Under the pieces are notes generated by a model. It was not told where the DNA came from and made no database searches. It worked only from the letters and a program-made list of their open reading frames with translations. The position numbers and the translations under genes were made by a program. A DNA stretch of 40,595 nucleotides from the NCBI GenBank assembly GCA_040767965.1, contig JAXGNR010000014.1, forward strand, positions 1 through 40,595, written 5' to 3'. This DNA comes from Atribacterota bacterium (GTDB taxonomy: Bacteria > Atribacterota > Phoenicimicrobiia > Phoenicimicrobiales > Stramentimicrobiaceae). Positions 1-9,801 of the stretch are shown one piece after another (within the stretch, counting starts at the first letter, position 1; each line of letters starts with the position of its first letter).

Positions 1-1601
1 CTGGCTAAACGGGAAGTACATAGATGTACTATTTTTTTTGCTGCCTGCTCCGGGTCTTCTTCTTTGATAAAATAAAAATCCCTTTCCCTTTTCCCGTTAA
101 GCATTGGAAATTTACCCTGGTTTACCAGGTGAGCATTAACCACAATCAAGCTATTTTCTTTTTGTCTGAAGATATGAGTTAGCCGGATTACCGGAATAGT
201 TTCAGAATTAATCATATCTTTTAAAATATTACCTGGTCCAACTGAAGGTAACTGATCAATATCTCCAATCAATATCAAAAAAGTACCTTTTCTAACTGCC
301 TTTAAAAGTTGATGCATCAGAACAATATCAATCATTGAAACTTCATCTAAAATAATAACATCGGTTTTTATGGGATTTTGTTCGTCTTTGGTAAAACCTC
401 TTTTTTTGGGATTATATGATAATAAACGATGAATAGTTTTGGCATTTCTTCCAGTAGCCTCGCTAATTTTTTTAGCTGCCCTGCCAGTAGGGGCTGCCAG
501 AACAATTTTTAACCCCAAATCTTCAAACAATTCAATCAGACCAATTGTGGTAGTGGTTTTACCGGTACCAGGACCGCCTGTTAATATTAAAACACGGTGT
601 AGCAATACTTCCTGAATGGCTTTTTTTTGTTCAGGAGCAAAGCTTATTTTATAATTTTTTTCTAATTCTTTTATTTTTTCTTCAATGTTGATCTGGCTTA
701 ATTGTTGAGGATGATGAATTAAATCAGCAATTTTCTGGCTCACTTCTTTTTCTGCATAAAAATAGATAGGTAACCATACCTGGTTATCCTGCAGGATAAT
801 CTCTTTATTTCTGTCTAATACATAAAACTCTTTTTCAATTAAATTCTCTTCAATTTCTAATAATTCAGAAGTCAGTTTAATAACCGCATCCTGATAGCAA
901 AAACAGTGGCCTTGCCCGGCATTTTCATTTAAGGAAAATTTAATACCCGCTCTGATTCGAAAAGGAGAATCTTTTTTTATCCCTAAATTCTGAGCAATCT
1001 TATCAGCAATCTTAAACCCAATTCCAAATATATCATCAACCAAACAATAAGGATTTTCTTTTAATTTTTCAATTGCTTTTGGTCCGTACTGTTTGAATAT
1101 TTTTACTGCATATCCGGTAGTAATTTTGTAGGATTGCAAAAATAGCATGACTCTCTTGATTTCTTTTTGTTCTTGCCAGGATTTTTTAATCAAGTCAATT
1201 CTTTTTTGAGCAATACCCTCTATTTCATTTAATTTTTCCGGGGTTTTTTCAATAATATCTAAAGTTTTTTCGCCAAAGTGATCAACTATTTTGTTAGCTG
1301 TTGAAGGACCAACTCCTTTAATCAGGCCTGACCCTAAATAACGGCGAACACCTTCCAAAGTTGTTGGTAAAATTATTTCATAATCATCAAAGGTGAATTG
1401 CCATCCATAACGGGAATCCAGGTTCCATCTTCCTTTAAACTTATAGGTTTCACCGACATTTATATTAGCCATTTTACCAACTATGGTAGATTCTTTCTTT
1501 TCAGGCTCCTGCAAGTCAACCCTGGCAACAATGAAGCCATTTTCCTCATTATGATATACTAATCTTTTAATTGTTCCTTTTATGAGGACAATTTCGTCCA
1601 T
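1..1601 (-). CDS. recD2: ATP-dependent RecD-like (RecD2) SF1B DNA helicase, 3' end runs off the window
   Basis: Absent from the ORF track; translated by hand from ATG at 1601 (RBS GAGGT at 1606-1610): MDEIVLIKGTIKRLVYHNEENGF...YLGSGLIKGVGP (HhH)...GIGFKIADKIA...ILTGGPGTGKTT (Walker A)...LAAPTGRAAKK...TIHRLL. Confidence 0.93.
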   Translation of the reverse strand, partial: MDEIVLIKGTIKRLVYHNEENGFIVARVDLQEPEKKESTIVGKMANINVGETYKFKGRWNLDSRYGWQFTFDDYEIILPTTLEGVRRYLGSGLIKGVGPSTANKIVDHFGEKTLDIIEKTPEKLNEIEGIAQKRIDLIKKSWQEQKEIKRVMLFLQSYKITTGYAVKIFKQYGPKAIEKLKENPYCLVDDIFGIGFKIADKIAQNLGIKKDSPFRIRAGIKFSLNENAGQGHCFCYQDAVIKLTSELLEIEENLIEKEFYVLDRNKEIILQDNQVWLPIYFYAEKEVSQKIADLIHHPQQLSQINIEEKIKELEKNYKISFAPEQKKAIQEVLLHRVLILTGGPGTGKTTTTIGLIELFEDLGLKIVLAAPTGRAAKKISEATGRNAKTIHRLLSYNPKKRGFTKDEQNPIKTDVIILDEVSMIDIVLMHQLLKAVRKGTFLILIGDIDQLPSVGPGNILKDMINSETIPVIRLTHIFRQKENSLIVVNAHLVNQGKFPMLNGKRERDFYFIKEEDPEQAAKKIVHLCTSRLA

Positions 1602-1669
1602 TTATACCTCAGGTAATCAAATTACTGCAAATATCATTTTAGTATAGCAGCATTAAAATAAATTCTATA

Positions 1670-2065
1670 TTAACTTATTATTTTTATCCAAACTTCACGA
1701 ATCCTTGGCCCGTCAAATTCACAAAAACAAATTCCCTGCCAGGTACCTAACTTCAACTTACCATTTTCAATAATGACATTTACTGAAGAACCTACTATAC
1801 TTGATTTTATATGAGCAGCAGAATTTCCTTCCAGATGACGGTAATTATCTTCAAATGGTATTACTTTATTAAATTCCTGTAGTATATCATCCAATACACT
1901 TGGATCATCATTTTCATTAATAGTTATACCTGCTGTGGTGTGTGGAACAAAAATGCAGCACAAGCCTTCTTGTTTTTTGCTTTCTTTTACAACTTCTTGA
2001 ATTTTAGAAGTAATATCAAGCATCTCTGTCCTGCTATGGGTTGCAACCGAGATTGTTTTCAACAT
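1670..2065 (-). CDS. yjbQ: YjbQ/UPF0047 family protein (secondary thiamine-phosphate synthase)
   Basis: Motifs PHTTAGITINEN, HLEGNSAAHIKSS and LGTWQGICFCEFDGPR. Start moved to ATG 2065 (MLKTISV) because of the RBS AGAGGAG about 6 nt upstream. Confidence 0.88.
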   Translation of the reverse strand: MLKTISVATHSRTEMLDITSKIQEVVKESKKQEGLCCIFVPHTTAGITINENDDPSVLDDILQEFNKVIPFEDNYRHLEGNSAAHIKSSIVGSSVNVIIENGKLKLGTWQGICFCEFDGPRIREVWIKIIS

Positions 2066-2171
2066 AATATTCTCCTCTAATATAATATATTTGCACAATA
2101 AGTCTATCATATTTCAAAGCCTATTCAAAGGCTCTTGATTTACTTGCACTAAATTGATAAATTTTTTTAAA

Positions 2172-3323
2172 CTATTTCCTTTGCCAGAACAACATCAAAG
2201 ATAAAGCTAATAATTTGCATCTTTCTGTTATAGAAGGTATTTCCAGATACTCACTGCTGGAATGTAAATTGCCTGCTACAGGACCCATTCCACATAATGT
2301 GGGAATACCATTTTGTGACGCAAAACCAGCATCTGCACCACCACCTGTAAAGGCTTCTTTTATTTTTATGCCCAATTTTTCTCCTGCTTCAGTAATAATA
2401 TTATAGGCAAACATTGTATTATTGTTTTTTTCTAATGGAAGAAAAAGAATCTTTAACTCTGTTTCTATTTTTGTTCCTTTAACTTTTGGCTTGAAAAATA
2501 ACTCCTCAATCTTCCTTTTTAAATAGCCAATATCAGAAATTTTGTTAAAATGGACAGCACACTCTGCTTTTGCCTGGTCAGAAATTATACCACGGGCAGA
2601 GCCGCCTGAGATAATATTTGCATTTATTGTTAAGCCTTCTTGCAATCCATTTAATTTATTTAACTCAATAATTCGTTCAGCCAATTCCAGGTTGGCATTA
2701 GCCCCTTTTTCAGGCTCAACTCCGGCATGAGCAGCTTTGCCGGAGATATTGATATCTAAAGAAGCTGTCCCCTTGCGACCGGTCACCACAGCCCCATTAG
2801 GCCTGGCTGGCTCTAGATTAAAGACTAATTTTGCATCCTTCACTTCAGAATTTATTAATTCCCGGGCATATGCTGAGCCAATCTCTTCATGACTATTCAA
2901 GATAACGCTTATGGGTTTTTTTAGGTATCCTTGTTTCTGCAAAGCCTTCACGGCATAAAACATGGTTACTATTCCACTTTTCATGTCTCCAACCCCTGGT
3001 CCAAAAGCTTTATTCCCATCAACAGTAAATGGTCTTAATCTTGCTTCTCCTTTGGGAAAAACTGTATCAAAATGTCCGATTAAAACCACTTTTTCTCCGA
3101 AAGAATTTTCATTAATTCTGGCAATATAACAATTGCCAACCTGCTCAAAAATGAATTTTTCTATCGAAAATCCTATTTCTTCCCATTTATTTTTCAATAA
3201 ATCCCCTAAAATGTCCACCTCTTTTTTATATCTGCTGCCACTATCCATATTAACCAGAGTCTCAATCATTTTTAGCATCTCCAGGTCTTTTTGGTCTATA
3301 TAATTCATTAAATCATTAATCAT
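2172..3323 (-). CDS. M20 family metallopeptidase/amidohydrolase (glutamate carboxypeptidase-like)
   Basis: Zn-ligand motifs GHFDTV, GVGDMKSG, HEEIGS, LEP, AAHAG, GGGADA and a C-terminal H (LHSSSEY). No signal peptide. Confidence 0.88.
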   Translation of the reverse strand: MINDLMNYIDQKDLEMLKMIETLVNMDSGSRYKKEVDILGDLLKNKWEEIGFSIEKFIFEQVGNCYIARINENSFGEKVVLIGHFDTVFPKGEARLRPFTVDGNKAFGPGVGDMKSGIVTMFYAVKALQKQGYLKKPISVILNSHEEIGSAYARELINSEVKDAKLVFNLEPARPNGAVVTGRKGTASLDINISGKAAHAGVEPEKGANANLELAERIIELNKLNGLQEGLTINANIISGGSARGIISDQAKAECAVHFNKISDIGYLKRKIEELFFKPKVKGTKIETELKILFLPLEKNNNTMFAYNIITEAGEKLGIKIKEAFTGGGADAGFASQNGIPTLCGMGPVAGNLHSSSEYLEIPSITERCKLLALSLMLFWQRK

Positions 3324-3401
3324 TATAAAACCTCTTCATTATTATTATAATATTAATAGATAAAATTATTTATTCACAAAATTCATTAGAAATAATTATA
3401 T

Positions 3402-4709
3402 TTAATGTTCTTCTACACTTGCTGGCATATCAATGGGTTTTACAAAAAATAAAATCAGCAGAAATGAAAACAAACTAATTATTAAATTAATAGCAAATAT
3501 GAATAGGTAACTTTTTGTTAAATCAAAAACTATTCCTGCCAACAAAGGACCAAAGGCCCCACCCACACCAATTCCTAATGTTATTATCCCCCAAAGTGAA
3601 CCGAAATACCTGCTGCCGAAGATATCTGCTGCAAAAGGAGCTGATTGTGAGATCCAGGCTCCATAACTTATTCCGTATATTCCAATGAAAAAAAATAAAA
3701 ACATATAATTCTTGATAAAGGGTAATAAAATAAAAGAAAATGCTTGAATTAACATGGCAAATGCTACAATCTTTTGCCTGCCTATGCGATCAGCGAACCA
3801 ACCGCCATATACTCTTCCTAATATACTGACAAGACTCAGTAGAGCGATATATCTGGAAGCCATTGTGGCTGAAAGTCCTAAATCTGTAGCATAAGGAATA
3901 AAATGAATCATTACCACATTTAATTGAAAAGTCATCAAAAATTGTGTTGCAGCTAGCATCCAAAAAGTAGATTTTTTCATGGCTTCACTACTATTAATGG
4001 AATTTTTTTCTTCTAAAATAGCAAACTTTCTTAATTTTTTACTTTCAACATTTTGATTGTTTTCAATGTTCAAGTGAGGTGCTTTGAAGGCAAAAAATCC
4101 TGCCGGTAGTAATATTAGAATAATTAGAATTCCAAAAAGTTGGTAACTAAATCTCCAGCCGTAGGAAGCAACTATAATAGTAGCTAAAGGAATAAATATT
4201 GCATTTCCTAACCCGCTTCCAGTACTGGTTAGGCCAGTTGCCAACCCTCTTTTATCAGTAAACCAGCGGGCAATAGTTGTAGTGGCAATTACCCACCCCG
4301 TGGCGGCACTTCCTATGCCTACTAATAATCCATAAAAAATGTATAACTGGTATATTTCAGAAACAAAAGAACAGGCATAAATACCTCCTCCCAGCAAAAT
4401 AGATCCTCCTATTATTAATAATTTAGGTCCATATTTATCAACTATTCTGCCGGTTATAACCGAACCAAATGCATAAGTAATCATATATAAAGAAAATACC
4501 CCTGAAGTCATGGTTCTGGACCATCCAAAATCTTCAGCCATAGGTTTAAAGAAAACACTAAAAATATAGCGTGCACCATAACTGAACATCATACAGGCAA
4601 AAGAAATTAATACTATAATCCATCCATAATATATCTTGTGCTTCGAAAAAATAATGCAATCATCCTTCTTCAACATAACAACTATTTTTTGTACTCCTTT
4701 TAATATCAT
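3402..4709 (-). CDS. MFS transporter (OFA/MCT-like)
   Basis: About 12 hydrophobic segments; YYGWIIV N-terminus; motif A GRIVDKYGPK and GWFADRIGRQ; WFTDKRGLATG. Exact start uncertain. Confidence 0.88.
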   Translation of the reverse strand: MILKGVQKIVVMLKKDDCIIFSKHKIYYGWIIVLISFACMMFSYGARYIFSVFFKPMAEDFGWSRTMTSGVFSLYMITYAFGSVITGRIVDKYGPKLLIIGGSILLGGGIYACSFVSEIYQLYIFYGLLVGIGSAATGWVIATTTIARWFTDKRGLATGLTSTGSGLGNAIFIPLATIIVASYGWRFSYQLFGILIILILLPAGFFAFKAPHLNIENNQNVESKKLRKFAILEEKNSINSSEAMKKSTFWMLAATQFLMTFQLNVVMIHFIPYATDLGLSATMASRYIALLSLVSILGRVYGGWFADRIGRQKIVAFAMLIQAFSFILLPFIKNYMFLFFFIGIYGISYGAWISQSAPFAADIFGSRYFGSLWGIITLGIGVGGAFGPLLAGIVFDLTKSYLFIFAINLIISLFSFLLILFFVKPIDMPASVEEH

Positions 4710-4774
4710 TTTACATAATAATTTAACTGTGTTTTTAATAGGTAAATTAATAATTATTTATCCTAAAATTAATA

Positions 4775-6490
4775 CTATTTTATTTTAAATTCATTAATGC
4801 TTGTTGCCTTCTGTCCATTAGGCAAAACAACCGGTTCTATTATACCTTCACTATGCAAAGCCCAGGGTAGAATCACTCCTGAATGCCCCCCTCTCCCTCC
4901 GACCACTACTATCTCGATATCTTTTGGGCTTCGGGTTACTGGCATCGGATGTTTATTTTTGAAATAATCAGGTCTAACTGGTATTATCCCCCTATCTCTT
5001 AACATAGGAACCTGATGAAAAGCGTACTTATGAATATGTTCCCGTATCATTTCTTTAGTGAAACCAGATTTTTTTAATAGCATGCCATGGTCAGGAGTTA
5101 AACATAATACCAATGGTCCTGGTATATATGCATTATTTGATCCTAAAGTAGTGCAGCAAGCTGTAAGTGTATCAAGCAAATCATAGCCATTTATGCTGAG
5201 TAAATCAATCACATCGTGCATTGCCTCTGCTTTTAACACATACACTGTTGTAGTTTTTTTATCATAATGCTCCTCATTAATCATTTTCCATTGTGCAAGC
5301 TCTGATTCTTCAGCAAAACAATAAGTAAATTCTGCCTGAGAGGCCATACAATCCAGATCACATATTCCCGGAACAGAACGGGTTATATTCAAGATAACTA
5401 AATTTACTGCTCTTCCAATAGTGGCATTCATAGGCCATCCCGGTCCCATGCATCCTTGTTTGCCTGAAATTCCAATCTCTTGAGCTATTGGTCCACTTAC
5501 TAAAACTAAGTTGCCACCAGGATGTGAGGTAGTAACAGATTGTAAAAAATTATATTTTGAATTACTTAATGCTTTAAAAACCGTTACCAAAATAGGCATT
5601 GCCAGAGGATTACACCCTGCCATTATTGCAGCAATGGCAACGTCTTTCACTTTAATATCATTACCGGCAGGACCAATTTGCTTACAGAGCACAAGATCTT
5701 CATCGAAAGGACAAAAACTCATCATATTCTTAAAACGTTTTTCCGTGGGTGGAATAATGGGCAAGCCATCACTGATATGCTCTCTGTTAAAATATTCATT
5801 TATTTCTTCCAGATAGCACCCTGGCTCTAATAATTTTTCTTTATCAATATCAATATTTTCAATTATCGGAAGGTGCTCGCCTGTAGAAGGAGTTTTATCT
5901 ATGGGGAAATTAATATGGGATATTTCCAAAATTCTATTTTTATCTGAAGTAAAGAAATCAATGATCCTGTCAAGATTCAGATCGGTTTGTTGTTTTACTT
6001 CTTCTTCTGTGCTGATTTGGTGAACATCAAATGAGCAAATACAAAGATTACCTGCACGATAATGAGCTACTCCTTCAGCAATGGCCGTTCCTGGCGGTGC
6101 TGTTATATATACAGTAGGTATGCCTGATTTCTCCAAAGCGATGGTTAGAATTGCTGAGGCAGCAGAAACACCCATATCACCAAAAGCAACAATTGCCGCA
6201 ACCGGATTTTCCTTAGTCAACACTTCTGCTAGTTCTGCTAATTTGTATGCATCTTTCCCTCTGACAGTTTCCGTATAATCTATAAAGTTATTAATACCCA
6301 TTTGCTGAAAGCGTTCTTTTATCCTGGAAAATATATGGATATAATTGCAAAAAAACAGTTTTGTATTATTAAAAAACAGGATTTTCCCTTTTTTTAAATC
6401 TTCCAAAGTAACTCTCTCGGCCAAATTTAAGATTGAGTGCTTTTGACAGCCTCTTGGGTCAAGGATTGGATTAAGTTTTTTTTTATTCAT
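4775..6490 (-). CDS. UGSC-family-like protein fused to conserved 'DGLPxxPPT' domain, function unknown
   Basis: N-terminal AFGDMGVS...ALEKSGIPTVYI resembles UGSC-type (seleno)proteins. The C-terminal part has SDGLPIIPPT, AIAAIMAGC, GPGWPMNATIGRAVNL and YCFAEE, motifs I recall in UGSC partner proteins. Confidence 0.65.
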   Translation of the reverse strand: MNKKKLNPILDPRGCQKHSILNLAERVTLEDLKKGKILFFNNTKLFFCNYIHIFSRIKERFQQMGINNFIDYTETVRGKDAYKLAELAEVLTKENPVAAIVAFGDMGVSAASAILTIALEKSGIPTVYITAPPGTAIAEGVAHYRAGNLCICSFDVHQISTEEEVKQQTDLNLDRIIDFFTSDKNRILEISHINFPIDKTPSTGEHLPIIENIDIDKEKLLEPGCYLEEINEYFNREHISDGLPIIPPTEKRFKNMMSFCPFDEDLVLCKQIGPAGNDIKVKDVAIAAIMAGCNPLAMPILVTVFKALSNSKYNFLQSVTTSHPGGNLVLVSGPIAQEIGISGKQGCMGPGWPMNATIGRAVNLVILNITRSVPGICDLDCMASQAEFTYCFAEESELAQWKMINEEHYDKKTTTVYVLKAEAMHDVIDLLSINGYDLLDTLTACCTTLGSNNAYIPGPLVLCLTPDHGMLLKKSGFTKEMIREHIHKYAFHQVPMLRDRGIIPVRPDYFKNKHPMPVTRSPKDIEIVVVGGRGGHSGVILPWALHSEGIIEPVVLPNGQKATSINEFKIK

Positions 6491-6524
6491 ATTTCATCTC
6501 CCTGGTTTTTGAACTTCAAATCTC

Positions 6525-6554
6525 ATTCTAAGCAGCTAGATACTATCCTGTCAA
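6525..6554 (-). promoter_or_regulatory. sigma70-type promoter for the UGSC-like/MFS/M20 unit
   Basis: TTGACA (6554-6549), 18 nt spacer, TAGAAT (6530-6525), upstream of the ATG at 6490. Confidence 0.55.
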
Positions 6555-6731
6555 TTTATAAAATAATAAAATTTATTTTTTGGAATAAATGATTGAAATT
6601 ATTTTTTGGAAAATCATAAAGACAACCTGCTGTAATTTTTTTATTGTTAAAAAGAATGCAATATGTTATTTTGAAAATATTCTATAATATTATTTTCATA
6701 TTTTTTATTTTAGATAGGAGAATAAATACAA

Positions 6732-7130
6732 ATGTTTAATAAACTGTATTTAATAGCTTTACCAGTTTTTTTTATAATTGATATGATTTGGTTGGGATTA
6801 ATAGCAAAAAATTTTTATCGCAATCAACTTGGTTTTTTGATGAAAAGCAATATAAATTGGCTTGCTGCTATAATATTTTATCTGATTTTTATAGCCGGAC
6901 TAGTATTTTTTGTTCTTACTCCTGCAATTGAAAAACAGAATATAATATATGGAATCAGCATAGCGGCCTTTTATGGCCTACTTACTTATGCAACCTATGA
7001 TTTAACTAATTTGGCAACACTAAAAGATTGGCCTTTGATTGTTACCATCGTTGATATTATCTGGGGAATGACTTTGTCTATTTTAGTAACAACAATCTCT
7101 TACTTTATAGCCACCAGATTTGTTTTATAG
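6732..7130 (+). CDS. DUF2177 family membrane protein
   Basis: IDMIWLG...YATYDLTNLATLKDWP...VDIIWG motifs; RBS AGGAG upstream. Confidence 0.85.
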   Translation: MFNKLYLIALPVFFIIDMIWLGLIAKNFYRNQLGFLMKSNINWLAAIIFYLIFIAGLVFFVLTPAIEKQNIIYGISIAAFYGLLTYATYDLTNLATLKDWPLIVTIVDIIWGMTLSILVTTISYFIATRFVL

Positions 7131-8102
7131 ATTAATTATTTCTAAAAAATCAATCAGTTTTTGGTTAAATAAAACAGGATGTGTTTCCATCGGACAATGA
7201 CTTGCGCCTTCGATAACTGATAATTGAGCATTGGATATTTTCTGTATTATTTTTTCTCCGGACTTTAATGGAACCCATTTGTCATTCTGCCCCCATATGC
7301 CTAAAACAGGAATTGAAATATCGCCAATTCTTTCCTCCAAACGGGAATCAGATTTATATTTTCTAAGCAAAGATGAATAAGTTAGTTTAGTGTTTTTAAT
7401 TTTTAATGGTTGATAATATGCCTCTATTTCTTCTTTGGTAGGTAGTCTCCCATAAGCAGAGTTTAAAAAGGACTTTATTTTTTTCCTGGTAACAAACAAT
7501 TTATCAACAATAGAACTAGTTATATTTCTGATTAATTTGCAGCGAGATAAAAGTGAGAAAAATCCTTTTTTATTTGAAGATACTGTTCCATCCACCAGCA
7601 CCAAAGCTCTGGTATCGTCAGATCTTTGTAAAGACATGGCAGATACTATCCCCCCTCCCATGGAATGTCCTATCAAAACCCATTTTTTAGATAAATCTAA
7701 CTCATCAATTAGTTTCCATAAAATTTCTGCTCTGTTTTCATGGCTATGTAAAATAGATGGTTTTCTTTGGCTTAACCCAAATCCTGGTAAATCAGGTACC
7801 AAAACCAGATATCCGTTTTCTGCAAGATATGGAGCAGTAAAGCGCCAGCTGTAAGTTGATCCAGCCATTCCATGCAACAATAGTATTGCTCCTTTCAAAT
7901 TGCCTTCGATTGGATTCCAAATTCTAAAATGCATATCTATTTCATCAACTTTTACAAAATCACTATTATCAAATAAAAGCTTTTCAATGGAGCTTGACTT
8001 GGCATCTGAATTAAATGGATAAAGATATAATAGAAATAAAACCCCAATAACCATAAATAAACACAGGAAAATTATTTTAATGAAATTATTGTATGTTTTC
8101 AT
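7125..8102 (-). CDS. membrane-anchored alpha/beta fold hydrolase
   Basis: N-terminal TM segment, LLHG, DLPGFGLS, nucleophile elbow GHSMGG, WGQNDKW and catalytic H (ASHCPME). Confidence 0.88.
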   Translation of the reverse strand: MKTYNNFIKIIFLCLFMVIGVLFLLYLYPFNSDAKSSSIEKLLFDNSDFVKVDEIDMHFRIWNPIEGNLKGAILLLHGMAGSTYSWRFTAPYLAENGYLVLVPDLPGFGLSQRKPSILHSHENRAEILWKLIDELDLSKKWVLIGHSMGGGIVSAMSLQRSDDTRALVLVDGTVSSNKKGFFSLLSRCKLIRNITSSIVDKLFVTRKKIKSFLNSAYGRLPTKEEIEAYYQPLKIKNTKLTYSSLLRKYKSDSRLEERIGDISIPVLGIWGQNDKWVPLKSGEKIIQKISNAQLSVIEGASHCPMETHPVLFNQKLIDFLEIINL

Positions 8103-8366
8103 TTTTCATTCTTTTTGATTAATTTTTTAACAAATTAATATTTATCTCATCATCCTGCAAAAGAGACTAATTTAAAAAACTTTGAAATCTCTTATATAAA
8201 TAAAACTTTTTCCTATGTATATCTGTCTTTCTTTGAATTAAAAGGATACAAAAAATCGTTCAGGGAAATTACTCTGAGTCTTCTTAACAAATGTACCCAG
8301 TCCTCCTGTGATTAAAACATAGCATTCTATTCTCAAATTTATTACCTTATTATTTCTTTATATTTT

Positions 8367-9272
8367 TTAATGTCCATTCCTTAATATTTCTTTTTCAGTG
8401 GGAAATGATATGGCTGCGCCTTTTTTCTGAATAGAATATGAAGAGGCATAATTGGCTAATTTTATAGCTTTTTCAATATCATGAAATTCAATCATTCCTT
8501 TTACAAAACCAGCATTAAAACAATCACCAGCTCCTGTAGTATCAATGACACGTGCTACAGGATAGCCTGGTATAATAATCAACTGATTATTTTTTTCGTA
8601 ACAAGCACCTTTTGCTCCCATTTTCACTACAACTTCCTTTACACCTTTATTCTTTAAAGCAATAATTGATTCCAATAAATCTTTTTTCCCGGTAATATCC
8701 TGTATTTCTATCTCATTAGGCAATAAAAAATCAACCAGATTCCAAAACTCGCAATTGCTTATCTTTTGTGCTGGAGCCGGATCAACAACTGTAAATATAT
8801 TGTTTTCCCGGGCAATTTTTAGTCCATGCATTACTGAGGATAATGGTATTTCAAATTGGGATAAAAGCCACTGTGCTAGAAGAAATGCTTTTTTATTTTT
8901 ATTTATAAATTTTATACCAACTTTAGCATTAGCGCCCGGGTAAATAATAATTGAGTTTTCCCCATTTTTGTTTACCCAGATAGAAGCAGATCCAGTAGAA
9001 ACATTCTGACTTATGTCTACAAAATTTGTGTTTACGTTATAATATTGGAGAGTATCCAAAGCAAATTGTTTTAACTGATCATCACCAACCTTGCCAAGCA
9101 TCCAGGTGGGACATCCTAGCTTAGAAATTGCTATTGCCTGATTTGCTCCCTTGCCTCCCTGAAAAATTGAAAAATCAGTGCCGGTAATAGTTTCGCCTGG
9201 TCTGGGAAAACGTTTGGCAAAGGTAACATAGTCAATATTTATACTTCCTAAAACCAGGATATTTTCTTTCAT
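8367..9272 (-). CDS. rbsK: ribokinase (PfkB family)
   Basis: GSINID, GGKGANQA, PNEIE and DTTGAGDCF signatures. Confidence 0.85.
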   Translation of the reverse strand: MKENILVLGSINIDYVTFAKRFPRPGETITGTDFSIFQGGKGANQAIAISKLGCPTWMLGKVGDDQLKQFALDTLQYYNVNTNFVDISQNVSTGSASIWVNKNGENSIIIYPGANAKVGIKFINKNKKAFLLAQWLLSQFEIPLSSVMHGLKIARENNIFTVVDPAPAQKISNCEFWNLVDFLLPNEIEIQDITGKKDLLESIIALKNKGVKEVVVKMGAKGACYEKNNQLIIIPGYPVARVIDTTGAGDCFNAGFVKGMIEFHDIEKAIKLANYASSYSIQKKGAAISFPTEKEILRNGH

Positions 9273-9801
9273 TTAATTCTTCCTTTTTTGATAGAATTAA
9301 AATTGTTTTTTTAATTATATCAAGTTATAAATTAATCTCAAAGACAAAAAGACAAAGAAAAGAATATATAATTGTTTTTATTATAAATTTAATACAAACT
9401 ACAAAGAAATATTAAATATAGAAAATCAGGAAATATTTTGGTTTTTTAAATAAAATTAATGGAAAAATATTTTTCTGAATGAAAAAGTTTCATAAATATT
9501 GTAAAATCAGACTTTAATTATTAAAATAATATGCTATAGTATATTACTATAGTCTAAAATATTTTTATGGTTTTTCATGAAAATTAAAAACTAATAATTT
9601 TTTATTTATTGTTTTTTTTATTTTTCCTTTTATGACTATTAATTCATATCAGGAAGTTTTTTTGTTAGACAAAAAAATATTTTGGACAATTTTTAATAGT
9701 AATTTTATTCATATGTCTTCTGAGACCGCTTTTAATTAATATCGTTTTTAATTAAACTACGGCCCTTGAAAATTATATTTTGCATTGGATTTTTATTAGT
9801 T

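Noticed and set aside
4775-6490. Selenocysteine recoding in the UGSC-like gene
   Set aside because: The frame has no in-frame TGA; the equivalent position is Met.
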